From: Antechinus flavipes
Taxonomy: Eukaryota
NCBI RefSeq assembly: GCF_016432865.1
Contig: NC_067399.1
Location: forward strand, 151,590,001 to 151,654,000
DNA: 64,000 bases
Direction of reading: 5' to 3'
Both the position numbers and the translations under genes were made by a program. This document shows positions 13,131 through 26,608 of this stretch, in pieces (the first letter of the stretch is position 1; every line of letters starts with the position of its first letter). Below the pieces are notes generated by a model. That model was given only the letters and a program-made list of their open reading frames with translations, was not told the DNA's origin and searched no databases.

Positions 13131-14903
13131 ACCTTAGCCAGGACATACCCAATGTGTTAAGGGACTTTCTCTTTTAGTCAGCCAAACAATCAACCAATCA
13201 GGATTTTATTCAGTGCCAGGTATTGTGCTTTGAACTTAAGGTGGTGATCTGTCAATGCAATAAGTTCATGTATTATGTCTTTCTCCATTTTCACTACTAT
13301 CATTTCTAGTCATGTGTTTTTTTTTTTTGAAAATTTCTTTCTGTCCTAAGTCTCTAAAAAGTCTGTGATAAAGTACCTTAACCTGTTATTGTTTGTCCTT
13401 CATCATTCATTGACTCATGAGGTAGAATTACACAAAGTTGTCAGCCTTGTTCTCTCTTCTAGAGACATTGAAGTTCAGAGGCAAGACAAAAGTCACAATT
13501 TTTGTTGTGATGGTGATGCCCTGGAATACAGAGGATTCTTGGGATCTTTGATATCTTCTGACCAAGGTCTAAGCGCTCCACAAAGTCTGCTTTAGCTGCT
13601 TTCATGTTCTTTGGAGCAAATTGTTGCTATCTGCTCATGCCACTGGAGAAAGTCTTCACATGCTTGGGTAGACATCTCCCCTAATTCACCAAAAGGTTTG
13701 TGGCCTGCTGATTATCCTCAACTTAGTTTTGCCATCTGCCTAGATAGTTTATTGAAGTATGGCTATTGCACATGCTAGAGCTTCTTGGAATCACAAGTGA
13801 AAATTGGGTGGCAAATGGATGGCAAAGGTGGATGAGCAGTCCTGAAATGGACTCTTAAATCCTCACATTAAAGGTATTAGTCCTCTTAAAACACTCAAAC
13901 ACCTGACTTTAAACTAAGGAATTAACTAATAAAGATCCAAGTCTCTCAGATACCTTTATTCAAACAAATGATTGAGTTCTGGGAATGACAGGAATACCAC
14001 ATAGCTAGTGGGGAAGTTACTTTTGTATTGGAAGGGTTTCCATAGGGAGTTCTTAAAATCCTATCACAGAGGAGACTGCTATCTATTTTGTCCATGGTTA
14101 GCCCTGGTTGGAATGCTTAACCCTTCTCGAGAGTGATTTTAACCAGAAAATAAACTTCTCTGTGAGAAAAGGGGCCAGACTGACACTAGGCTTCATTCAG
14201 GCAATGGCCATATCCAAGACATGGCAATAGAGAATGTATTATGTACTGAGAACTAAGCTCCTTTGCCAATTAGGGTTCTATCTTAGCTGCTCCCAACAAC
14301 CAGACTTTATTTGGTTTATTTGCACTAAGTACTTAACAAGTGTTTGAGAAAGGTTAAATGAATAGGGTAAACAGAGCTACTCTCCAGCAGGAATAATAAT
14401 AGCTAGTATTTATGTAGTATTTTTAGATTTGCAAAATGGTTTACAAATGCTATCTCATTTGATACTTAAAACAAGCTTTTGAAGTAGGTACCATTGTCAT
14501 TCCTATTTTATTGATGAGGAAAATTGATTCTGAAAAAAAACTAAGAGATTTACCACACTCATGACTAGTAAGGAACTAAGGCAGGATTTGAACTCAGATC
14601 TTCCTCCCTCAAAGTCAGGTACTCTGCCCATTTCATTAAGTTGTATCCAGAGATTACCAACCTTATTTTGGGGCTGAGTTGTCTACATAAGGCCAGTCAT
14701 CTACATACTATAATATTTTTAAAAAAACAACCCTTTTTCATCAAAGAGATTGATAGCAAAAGACCATGTTCCTGGTAGCAACCCAGTCTCTTAAGTGGAT
14801 CCCAGGAAGAGATATTGATAAGATGATCTTGTTACCAAGTGGGCTCCTGTTGAATTTCTTGCATTGGTAGGTAGTATTTTCTTGTATGAATAAAGCTATC
14901 TTT

Positions 14904-15489
14904 TTTTTTAATAGCTTTTTATTTACAAGTTATATGCATGGGTAATTTTACTGCATTGACAATCGCCAACCTTTTGTTCCAATTTTTCCCCTCCTTCCCC
15001 TGACCCCCTCCCCTAGAAGGCAGGATGACCAATGCATGTTAAATATATTAAAGTACAAATTAAATACAAAATAAGTATATATGTCCAAACTGTTATTTTG
15101 CTATACAAAAATAATCAGACTCTGAAATATTGTACAATTAGCCTGTGAAGGAATTCAGAAAATGCAGGTGGGCAAAAATATAGGGATTGGGAATTCAATG
15201 TAAGGATTCTTAGTCATCTCCCAGAGTTCTTTCGCTGGGTATAGCTGGTTCAGTTCATTACTGCTCCATTGGAACTGATTTGGTTCATCTCATTGGTGAA
15301 GATAGCCAGGTCCATCAGAACTAATCATCATGTAGTATTGTTGTTGAAGTATATAATGATCTCCTGGTCCTGCTCATTTCACTCAGCATCAGTTCGTGTA
15401 AGTCTCTCCAGGCCTTTCTGAAATCATCCTGTTGGTCATTTCTTACCAAATAATAATATTCCATAATATTCATATACCACAATTTGAAA
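14904..15489 (-). mobile_element. 5'-truncated L1 (3' end) with TSD
   Basis: Poly-T start, L1 3'UTR and ORF2 C-terminal remnant (KLWYMNIMEYY...); 12-bp TSD AAAGCTATCTTT at 14892-14903 and 15490-15501. Confidence 0.9.
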
Positions 15490-16044
15490 AAAGCTATCTT
15501 TGAAGTGATACCCATAGTTACTGTATACAATCAGGAGATCAAATTGTAGATGTCAATCCCTGAGGTTATTTTGTATAAACATGTAGCATACCTTGCTTTG
15601 AGTCCTTTCCTATAAAAAATTCCATCTTTTGCTTTGTAAATTGCTAGTTCTCCTAGGGAACTTTGTCTGCCTTATGGCATCATAATGAAGTTTTTACCCC
15701 CTTTGACTTGAAGATGGTCTGAGTCTGTGAATTCTTTCAAGACAACTCCCCACCTTCATGACTTCTTGTACCTCATCACAAGTACTCCTGGGAAATTAAT
15801 AAAGTAAAATGAAACCCCGAATATATAATTTTAATTATTTTATTTTTTAAAATGAGAATAATAACTAGCACTTACATAGCACTTTGCAGTTTGCAAAACA
15901 TGTGGCAAATATCAATTTATTTTATCTTTATGAGGACCCTGAGAAGTAAGTGCTAGCTATTGTGATCATCCCAATTTTACAAACAAAGAATTTGAGGAAG
16001 AGATCATACTTCTAATAAGTGTCTCAGATCAGATTTAAATTTTA

Positions 16045-16607
16045 AAATATTTTAATTTTTTCCCAATTTCATGTAAAAATAATTTTTAACCTTTATTTTT
16101 ACAAATTTGAGTTCTCAATTTTCTCTCATTCTTGTTCCCTCTCTCCCATTGAGAAGGCAAGAAATTTGATGAAGATTATACATGTGCAGGCATGCCATAT
16201 CAGTCAGGTTCTGAAAGAAAATACAGATCAAAAAAAAAACTCAAGAAAAATAAAGACATTTTAAAAAGAACTATGCTTTAGTCTATAATCAGATGTTCTT
16301 TGGAGGTGGTTAGCATTTTCTGGCATAGATCTTTCAGAATTGTCTCAGATCTTTGTACCATTGAGAATAATTAAGTTATTCATAATTGATCATTGTAAAA
16401 TATTGCTGTTATTTTATATGATGTTTTCTTGATTCGGCTCACTTCACTTTTCATCAGTTCATGTAAGTCTTTCCCAGTTTTCCTAAAACAATCCTGTTCA
16501 TTATTTCTGATAGCACAAGAGTATTGTGTCACATTCATATACCATAGCTTGTTCAGCCATTTCCCAATTAATGAGCATCCCCTCAATTTCCAGTTCATTG
16601 CCACAGA
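16045..16607 (-). mobile_element. Older L1 3' fragment
   Basis: ORF 16380-16604 resembles the L1 ORF2 C-terminus (KWLNKLWYMNVTQY). Confidence 0.8.
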
Positions 16608-17494
16608 CCAGATTTGAATTCAGGAAGATAAACCTCCTTGATTCCAGGCCTGGAACTCTATCTACTGCACTACCTAGTTTCCCTAGAGTCTGGAATGCTT
16701 TGATTTATATATTTCTGATGATATCTTCAGTAGCTAAGTGACCATTGGAGTCAATAATGATAGCTAGTATTTATATAGTACTTTAAAGTTTGCATAATAT
16801 TTTACAAGTATTATTTCATTTGATATACAAAGAACCTTGAGTAGGTACTATTATTAGTCATATTTTATAGGTGAGAAAACTGAGACAGAGGTTTAGTGAC
16901 ATTAACAGAAGCTGGGCTTCTGACTTCTCTGAATATAAGTTTTCTCTTCTGTAAAATGGGCTACTGTTAATTCTTATCTCATAGGACTGTTGTAAAAATT
17001 CAAATGAGGTCATGTACACAATGTGCTTTGCAAAATTAAAAAAAATGCATTACATATGCACATTATATAAATGTCAGGTTTTTTTTAATTACAATAGTTA
17101 ATATTTATATATCACTTTACAGTTTTCAAAGCACTTTACATATAATCATTTGCTCTTTATAGAAGCCCTGGGAGACAAGTACTTATTATTATCTTCAATT
17201 TACAAATGAGGATAGAGATGAAATGACTTGCCCAATTAATAAGTGTCTGAAGTTGAATTTGAATTCAGTTTTTCCTAATTCCAGGTCTAGCAGTCTATCC
17301 ATTACATCATCTAGAACAATCCTAGAATCCGATTGCATATATATAAAACTGATATCAAATTGCTTATAATTTCAGGGAAGGGGGAAATACAGGAGGGAGG
17401 TCAAAAATTTGGAGTTCAAAATTTAAAAAAATAAATGTTAAAAATCATCTTTTCATACAATTGAGGAATAAAATAAAATATTGTTTTAAGAACA

Positions 17495-17495
<1 letters not shown>

Positions 17496-17539
<44 letters not shown>
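17496..17539. repeat. (AC)22 microsatellite
   Basis: Read directly. Confidence 0.98.
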
Positions 17540-17541
<2 letters not shown>

Positions 17542-18023
17542 ACAATCCCAGAAATACTCAATCACCTCAAGGCATTGGAGCAATCCTCAAGAAGATTACA
17601 TTCTAGTAATATAATCTAGTTAGAGAACCTTCCATGGGATCATAAATTAAGATCTAGAAAATATGTTACAAGCCACCAAGTTCAACATTCTTATTTTACA
17701 AATGAGAAAACTGAGTCACAGAGAGGAATTAGTAAATGTCTGAGGTGGGAGTTGAACTGAGATCTTCCTCTCTCTAAATCCAATCCTCTACTCATTGCTA
17801 CTGAATTGCCTCAACCTATAAAGAAAACTATGGGTAGACAACATTGTTACAAATATGATTATTACAACAGTGGGTGAGATCTGAAGATTGGTGAGTTGGA
17901 AGACAGGTCAGTAGTTTTATTTGTTAGAAGGCTGGAGGAAAAAAACAAAAACAAAATGAAGGCTTGGAGGATAGGAGAATGGGGCGGTGGTTTGCTGGAT
18001 TTTGAAATCAAGAAGACTGCTTC

Positions 18024-18378
18024 GTAATGAATTGAACCAGCTATACCCAGAGAAAGAACTCTGGGAGATGACTATGAACCACTACATAGAATCCCCAATC
18101 CCTCTATTTTTGTCCGCCTGCATTTTTTATTTCCTTCACAGGCTAATTGTAATTTCAAACTCCGATTCTTTTTGTACAGCAAAATAACTGTTTGGACATG
18201 TATACTAATATTGTATTTAATTTATATTTTAACATATTTAACATGTATTGGTCAACCTGCCATCTGGGGGAAGGATGGGGGAACGAGGGAAAAAAGTGGA
18301 ACAAAAGGTTTGGCAATTGTCAATTCTGTAAAATTACACATGCATATAACTTGTAAATAAAAAGCTATTAAAAAAAAA
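18024..18378 (+). mobile_element. 5'-truncated L1 3'UTR with TSD
   Basis: Poly-A tail; TSD AAGACTGCTTC at 18013-18023 and 18379-18389; similar to the 14904 and 20156 elements. Confidence 0.88.
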
Positions 18379-20155
18379 AAGACTGCTTCTTCAAACTCTA
18401 CCCCTAACAATCAGAAGGTAAATTATATGGTCCCAACAATTCATTTAAAGTCTCTGAGCCCATTTTCTCATGAATAAAATGAGAATATTTTATCTTCAAT
18501 ATCTATTTTCCAGGATTTTTGAAGCTCAAATATGACAATTGACAGAAAGCAATGTGTGAACTTTGAGGGGCTATCTACAAGTCAATTATTATTTGTTCCC
18601 TATATCTTACTTCTTTTGTAGGCATAAATCAGTTAGTTCTGCATGTAACTTGTGGAAAAGGCCTTTGACATTTGCCAACATTTTTTCTGGGAATTTAGAT
18701 GATTAAATATAAGTCACCTTGTTTCCTTCAGTAGTTACTGACTTAATTCATCAGGCAGCCATTGTATAGGCTCCATAAAGCCATACATACCCTTCTAGGT
18801 CTTTCCTACTTCCATTTTCTCCCCCTCCTCCCTTTAATGAGAGTTTCTCTAATTGACTTAATGATTTCTATTTAATTAGCACATTTTGGGAGAGTGATCA
18901 AGAACAAGTAAGATAAAGTAATCAGACAAGCATGTTGCAGTCCTTTTGTCAAGCTAATCAAAGTGGACAGTCTTGTAGTAAGTCTTTGACCAGCACAGTT
19001 GGCCATCTCCAACTCAACTCTGCTATGTGTCTAGCACTTCCAGGCACCCATAAAGGCACATAACTCTGCTTGTCATTTCAATTAACTTTAATTAGATAAA
19101 AATTAGGTATAAAGATAGGTTTTCCAACTGTCTATATTGGTAAAACTCTAATGAAGTGAGAGAAGGAAAGGAATTTTTAAAAAGAGATACACAGAAATAA
19201 ATTGAATCTGTCACTCTTAACCTGTACTTGACAATGTACATATGAATATGAAGAAATTATTTAGTATAGTCTGTCCTTGGAATTAATCTCATCACCTGCA
19301 AAGTAAAGGGGGGATAGACTAGGTTGCTTTTAAGGTCAAACAAAATATAGACATCTTAAGGTCGGGAACAGTTTCATTTTTTTAGCTTTGTATTCCTAAT
19401 ACATAGCTTTGCATAGTAAGAATTTAGCAAAGCTTAGATTGAATGGAATTTCCAGAACTGAAAAAAAATCTGACAATTTCAAAAAAAAATTTTAGTTAAA
19501 TTTCTTTCCTAAAAAAAAAAAAAAAGTCTTTTTTTTTTATTGATGACTTTTATTTTAACATTACATTCATTTCCAAAAAATCTCTTAACCTATAAGCCAT
19601 CTCTGTTAATAAAGGTTTAATAAGAGAAAGGAAAAACAGTTTTAGTAAAAAAGTAACCAACACATTCACCCTGTCTGGAACTATAAGCAATATTTTATAT
19701 CCTCAAAAGACTACTTCTTCAGTGAAGGAGGTTGTTATTTGATTATGTTGTTCTTTTTGTGACTTCATTTGGGGTTTTCTTGGCAAAGATACTGGAGTGG
19801 TTTGCCATTTCCTTTTTTTTTTTTTTAACATTTTTCTTCATTTTATAGATGAGGAAACTGAGGCACATAGGATTAAGTGACTTGCCCAGAGTCATATAAC
19901 TAGTAACTCAAGTCAGAACTGAGCTCATGTCTTCTTAATTCTAAGATAAAATCTACCATGTCAACCTACTTGTCCATATGGGGGAAGGTATATTTTCTTG
20001 AATCTTCTCTAGGACAACCTTGATCTTTATGAAATAAATATTTTTTAAAAACCCCATGATTTATAGACTATAAAGTCCTTCCACTGGCTAATGTACATCC
20101 AATAGAATCCACACAGGCCATCCTCAATGTCTGGAACATATCATCCCTGCCTTTT

Positions 20156-20899
20156 TTTTTTTTAATTTTATTTTATTTAATAATAACTTTGTATTGACAG
20201 AATCCATGCCAGGATAATTTTTACACAGCATTATCCCTTGCAATCACTTATGTTTCGTTTTTTCCCCTCCCTCCCTCTTCCCCCCCCCAAGATGGCAAGC
20301 AGTCCTATATATGTTAAATATGTTGCAGTATATCCTAGATACAATACATATTTGCAGAACCGAACAGTTCTCCCGCTGCACAGGGAGAATTGGATTCAGA
20401 AGGTAAAAATAACTTGGGAAGAAAATAAAAAATCAAATAGTTCACATTCATTTCCCAGTATTCCTTCTTTGGGTGTAGCTGTTTCTGTCCATCATTTATC
20501 CAATGAAACTCAGTTAAGTCTCTTTGTCAGAGAAATCCACTTCCATCAGAATACATCCTCATACAATATCGTTGTCGAAGTGTATAATGATCTCCTGGTT
20601 CTGCTCATCTCACTTAGCATCAGTCCATGTAGGTCTCTCCAAGCCTCTCTGTATTCATCCTGCTGGTCATTCCTTACAGAGCAATAATATTCCATAACAT
20701 TCATATACCACAATTTACCCAGCCATTCTCCAATTGATGGGCATCCATTCATTTTCCAGTTTCTAGCCACTACAAACAGGGCTGCTACAAACATTTTGGC
20801 ACATACAGGTCCCTTTCCCTTTTTTAGTATCTCTTTGGGGTATAAGCCCAATAGAAACACTGCTGGATCAAAGGGTATGCACAGTTTGATAACTTTTTG
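20156..20899 (-). mobile_element. Young 5'-truncated L1 with an open ORF2 C-terminal fragment
   Basis: ORF 20546-20902 (CIPFDPAVFLLGLYPKE...KLWYMNVMEYY) is the L1 ORF2p C-terminus; poly-T tail; TSD CATCCCTG(C/A)CTTTT. Confidence 0.93.
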
Positions 20900-21227
20900 C
20901 ATCCCTGACTTTTAAAATATTTCTTTTTTGGGCCAGCTCAGGAACCATCTTTTCTAAAAATCTTTCCCTGATCCTTGCTGGGTCTGAGATCTCTCTGCCT
21001 CTTTGAATTATCATGTTGATACTTTGCTGTTTAAATGTTGTATTCTCCAGTAAACTCCTAGAGGACAGGACCATTTGATTTTTTTTTTTTTGCATGCATC
21101 TCCACTGCAAAGATAGGATAAACACTCAATAAATGTTTCTAGAATTAAATTAAGAATTGCAGACTGACAGATGGAATTCTTTTTTAAACTGAATTTTACT
21201 TAGGTGTCCATCTCACAGATTTGTGGG

Positions 21228-21249
21228 CACACACACACACACACACACA
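21228..21249. repeat. (CA)11 microsatellite
   Basis: Read directly. Confidence 0.95.
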
Positions 21250-21804
21250 AATCAATTCTGCCATTCCTCTATACCTCCCAGATAATTATTCTTCAGGGAC
21301 AAGAGTAAATACAAACACAGTTGATTTCTTTGTCAGACTTTTAAATATAATTTTATATTTATTTTTTATGTTTTGTAAATATTTACATATGTAAATATAA
21401 ATATTTATAAATAAATATAAATATAATAAATATAATTTTGAGTAAGAGCACTCAAGGAAGATAATAAGGTTCAGTTAAATAAATTACTAGATTTAGAACA
21501 GCTATGCCAATAAATTAAATTTTATTTAATTGAACAAACATTTACTAATAGCCAGCCATGGGACTAGCATCATAGTAGGGGTACAAAGACAATGAAATTA
21601 TCCCTATAGACAAGAACATTACATTTTACTAGAGAAAGGAACAGACTATGCACACACACACACACAGAGTATCTTAAACTTGCTTGTTAAAGTTAAGGGA
21701 TTATAGATACCTTCTCAAAATGATGTTTTTAGATACTTAAATTCAAATGCACTATATTTCAAAGGAAGCCAATTATACTGAAATATAGTTATCATTGCTG
21801 TAGT

Positions 21805-22025
21805 GAGATGTACAGAATAGAGTGTTGGTCTGAAGTCAGTTAGACTCATCTTCATGAGTTCAAATCTGAAATTAGCTATGTGACTCTGAGCATGTCACTT
21901 AACCCCATTTGCCTCAGTTCCTCATCTGTAAAATGAGCTGAAGAAGGAAATGGCAAACCACTCCAGTGTCTTTGTCAAAAAGGGATCATGAGAATTGGGC
22001 AAGACTGAAGTAACTGAACAGCAAG
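21805..22025 (+). mobile_element. MAR1-type CORE-SINE
   Basis: CORE plus RTE-like 3' end (GAAGGAAATGGCAAACCACTCCAGT). Related copies at about 4950-5180(-), 19745-19975(-), 47110-47345(+), 48930-49090(+), 58025-58255(+) and 60290-60525(+). Confidence 0.8.
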
Positions 22026-22473
22026 ACAGGTATAATTAAAAACGAAAGAAAACAAAACATATCTGGACCTCAAGTTGAAAAACCTTGATCCAAAGGATTT
22101 CTTTCATTTTGGTCAAAAAACAGTTAAGGGTATGATTGGGGGAGTGTTGCAGAGGCCAATCTAACTGGATACAGTGCCACTGGGAAGGGCTGCAGCTTCC
22201 CCTTGAGAATGTGCCCTTCCCATATCCCTGCAAAGCACACAGACAACGGACACAGACAACCAGTCACATGTACACACATTTCTCTACAGGGGAGCATGGG
22301 AATGAAGTGCCAAGGTTAATCTAGGAAGTTGGATTATAAAACTGATGGAATATTTCTGGAAGACAACTAAATACAAAGTGTGAAAATAGTAGGATTCAGA
22401 CAGCAATGGGGAGGAATTACTCCTCCTTCACCATGTCCATGCACAGAGCAACACCCTATACTCAAACATTTTA

Positions 22474-22661
22474 CAGGGGTCCTCAAACTTTTTAAATAGG
22501 GGGCCAGTTCACTATCCCTCAGACTGTTGGAGGGCCGGACTATAGTAAAAACAAAAACTTTGTTTTTTGGGCCTTTAAATAAACTTCATAACTCTGGGTG
22601 AGGGGGATAAACATCCTCAGCTGCTGCATCTGGCCAGAGGGCCCTAGTTTGAGGACCTCTG
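22474..22661 (+). mobile_element. OC1/OposCharlie1-type non-autonomous hAT MITE (188 bp)
   Basis: 16-bp TIRs CAGGGGTCCTCAAACT / AGTTTGAGGACCTCTG (1 mismatch); the 5' sequence matches the OC1 end as recalled; no intact 8-bp TSD. Confidence 0.8.
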
Positions 22662-25024
22662 AAAGGATGGCTATTTAAGGACCCAGATCCTGTCTATCCA
22701 TGAGCTTTAAGGCCAGAACCTTGCACTTAGTAGGTGTTTCACAAATATTTATTGAAGTGAAATTCTGGTCTTTCTTGAGTCAGTAGATGTGTGCTCTGTT
22801 GAATGCTCATTTGCTTATCTGGAACCTCATTAGTAATTAATTAGGAGATTGACTCCAAACCTTTCTGACAGCTGGCTTTCCCCCATACTTTCCAGCAGTT
22901 TGATTAATCGGTGACACTGTGGTTGTAAGAGTCTGTGTATCAACACATGGTTTGACTTTAAAGGTTAAGTCACAACTGCTCTTCTGTTTTAATTAAAGGG
23001 GAAAATCTTAAAGCAGAAAAAGTATTATGAGGAATTAGCAAAACTAAGCACTCAATGTTAAGGAGGGGAAGAAGGCTCTTCCAGATGCTTAATGAGATGT
23101 AAGTGGAGCATTTTAAAAGTCTGTGTGTATGGGTATAATATGCTTCCAACTATGGAAGTATTTAATGTGCATCACTTGACTGCCTATCACCATTCTCCAA
23201 AACCCAGAAGATCAGACAGGGTTTGCATTTTACATTGGTGGAAGGAGCAACTTCATGAAGAAAATCATAGGTCATAGAAATATAGAAGTGTTTACTGTTC
23301 ACCAGTAGACTCTTTAGAAAATAAACACCATATTCTGGTATGAGACCCAGCAGAAATATATGGATTCTATGTTATCAATAGATGTATTTTCTATTTTTAA
23401 AAGGACTTATTTTTCTGTCTTCAAAAAACACCAAAGCTTGCACATCTATGTGCATTCAGATAGGAGAGAACTGAAGCAATTATTTGGTCATTTAAAAAAT
23501 AACAACATATCAACTCGTTTTTTTGGCTTCAAGTATATAGATATATTAAGAGAAAGTCTTTAAAGATGTTCTTTAATTCAAGTTGTGCACATAATTCCTT
23601 TGCATCTTTTCTTTAAAGGTTGTACTGATGAGTATGGACCCATTGAGATGTTTTTCTAGGTTAGGTAGATCTAGGTTAGGATCTCCTGTTTTACACTGCA
23701 GGGCTTTTATTATTACACATATTGACTCTCTTTTATAGGCACAAAGTCTAGCTTCCTATTGGTCATTCATTTATTAAACACCGACTGTGTTAAGACACCA
23801 TACTAGAGATATTAAATTTAAATGATAGGTTCTCAACCCTCATGGAATTTAATAATCTACTTAGTAGGGAAGGGATACAACATGAATATATTTAAGAAAA
23901 CTTTTAGAGTGATGGGGCAAAGGAGACAGCCAGACAAAATACTCAGTGTATGTTTGAGGAGAAGGGATCATGGAAGACTACAGGTGGAAGCCAACACTTG
24001 AACTAAAACATTTTGAAAGCTGGCGATGTAGGGAAATTATATGCTAGGTATGGCTGATGACCTGTGCAAATTCATGGAGATGAGTGACGGGCATGTCAAA
24101 TTTGGGGAACAGGCAATATGGTACAAAGGAAAGAACCTATATTCAACAACTGAGTTGCAATACAGTCTCTCATTTGTGTGACCTTGAGCAAGACATTTTA
24201 AATTGCCTAGTCCTGAGATTCTACATTTGTAAAAAGTGGGTATTTGATTAGATGCACTTTAAGGCCTCTTCCAGTACTAGAGCTATGTTTCTATGATGTG
24301 AAATAAGGCTGGAAAAGGAGATTGGTTCCAGATTGCAGAGAACCTTAAAGGCTAGTAGGAGAAGTTTTTATTTTATTCTAAGGAGCATTTTGCACAGGAT
24401 ATTATCATGTTCATACTTGTCATATTAGGTAAACTATACTGGTTCTCACCATGAGACAATTACTACAGATTCTTCTGTTTCTGTGCTTATAACATTTAAC
24501 TATTTAACTGTATCTATCACTTCTCTATATGGAAATCTATAGTATATTTTATCACCAGTCCTTTAGAATTGTGATGAGTCATTGTGGGTTGATTAAAATT
24601 ACTAAGTCTTTCAAAGTTGATTAGTTTTACAATACTGTTGTTATTATGTAGATTGTTCTCCAAGTTTTATTCATTCCACTTTGTATCATTTCTTGTAGGT
24701 TTTCCCAGGTTTTTCTGAGTCACTATTTTCATTATTTACCATAGCATAATAATATTCCATCACATTCCTATACCAAAACTTGTTCAGCCATTCCCCAGTT
24801 GATAGGCATTCCCTCACAGTTTCCAATTCCTTGCTTCCACAAAAAGAGTTTTCATAAAAATTTCATTCATGTAGGATTTATTCCTATTTTTTGTTCTCCT
24901 TGGAGTATGGCCCTTGTAGGTATATTTTTGGGTAAAAGGGTATGCACACTTTAATTTGCAAAGTTCCAAACTGTTGTCTGGAATAGCTGGATGAGTTCAC
25001 AGCGTCATCGATTGTACATTAGAG

Positions 25025-25159
25025 CAGGGTTTCTTAAAATTTTTCCACTGAAGATGTATACAAATCAAAAATTTAATAATAGTAAATCATAATTTCAAGA
25101 CCCCCTGCATTGTTATAAAACCCCATATGGGATTAAGGCCCACTGTTTAAGAAGATGGA
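25025..25159 (+). mobile_element. hAT/Charlie-type MITE, family B copy 1 (internally deleted), nested in old L1
   Basis: Ends CAGGGTTTCTTAAA and GTTTAAGAAGATGGA; 8-bp TSD CATTAGAG/CATTAGAA. Confidence 0.8.
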
Positions 25160-26421
25160 CATTAGAATACCTATTTCTCACATTCCTAACAGCATTTGGC
25201 ATTTTCCTTTTTTTTAAATTTTAGCCAATCTGATGGGTGTGAGGAGGTACCTCAGGGTCATTTTAATTAGCATTTTTCTAATTATTATTGATGTGGATCA
25301 TTTTTTTATATGACTATTGATAATTTGTATTTTTTCCTCCAAACATTGCCTATTCATATTCTTTGGCTATTTATCAGTTGAGAAATGTCTTTTATTTTAT
25401 AGAAGTGAGACCTTTGTCTGAGAAACTTACTATAAAGGTTTTCTCCAGTCTTCTGCTTTTATTTTAATTTTAGTTGCAATGGTTTTATTTGTGCAAAACC
25501 TTTTAAATTTTATATAACTAAAATTGTCCATTTTTCCTCCTGTGAATTGTTTTGTCTTTTATTTGGTCAAGAATTCCTCTTCTGTCCATAGATGTGACAG
25601 ATAATTTCTTTTCTGCTTCAGTAATTTGCTAATTATATCATCCTTTATACCTAAGTCATATACCCATTTTAAGTTTATCCTGGCATATGGTGTGAGATGT
25701 TGGTCTGTGCCTAGTCTCTTTCAGATGATTATTTTGAAAAACTACTTTTCCAGTAGTTTTCTGTCAAATACTTAGCTCTTGTCTGAATAACTGGGATCTT
25801 TGGTTTTGTCAAATGCTAGGTTACTATGTTTTTTTGCTTCTGCATATTGTAACCTAATTCTGCTCCACTGATCAATCCCTCAATTTATTATCTAATACCA
25901 AATTGTTTTTATTGATTATAGCTTTGTAGTATCATTTGAAATCTGTTATTACTAGACTCCTTTCCTTCCCATTCCCTCCTTGTCCCCCAATCGATTTCCT
26001 TGATATTCTTAATCTTTTGTTCCTAAAGACAAATTTTGTTATTATTTTTTTAGCTCTATAAAGTAGCTTGGTATGGCATTTAATAAGTAAATTAATTTAA
26101 GTGAGGCTATCATCATTTTTATTATTTTGCTTCAGCCTACTCAAGAACAATTACTACTTTTCCAGTTATTTAGATCTGTCTTTATTTCTATGAAGAATGT
26201 TCTTGAATTGTGTTTATATGGTTCATGTGTGGGTTTGGCAGTGTTTTGTATTGTTGACAGTTAATTTTTAAGAGAGAATTTCTCTCTTTTTTTCTTCCTG
26301 CTCAATTTTGTTGGTGATATACAGAAATGCTAATGATTTCTATGGATTTATTTTATATCCTGAAACTTTGCTAATGTTATTTTGATTATTATTTTAGTTA
26401 ACTCTCTAGGATTCTCTATAC

Positions 26422-26608
26422 TAGAGCTTCTTAAACTTTTTTTCATTTGTGATCGTTTTTCACCTCAATTTTTTTAATGTGAATCTAGGTATATAGATGT
26501 ATAAAAGGGGTATGCAAATCAAACTGTTAATAAACTATAATTTCGTGACCATCATCTTCACTTCTGAGACCTCATATGAGGTTGTGAACCACAGTTTAAA
26601 AAGCTGGA
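26422..26608 (+). mobile_element. hAT/Charlie-type MITE, family B copy 2, nested in old L1
   Basis: Ends TAGAGCTTCTTAAAC and GTTTAAAAAGCTGGA; TSD CTCTATAC/CGCTAAAC (6/8); internal similarity to the other copies. Confidence 0.75.

Noticed and set aside
14670-15780. Possible LTR interrupted by the 14904 L1
   Set aside because: It has TATA-like and CA-ending features, but no 5' TG boundary or TSD could be fixed.
20546-20902. L1-derived ORFs here and at 15321, 16380, 30663, 52713 and 53148 as host genes
   Set aside because: All are L1 ORF2 fragments inside truncated insertions.
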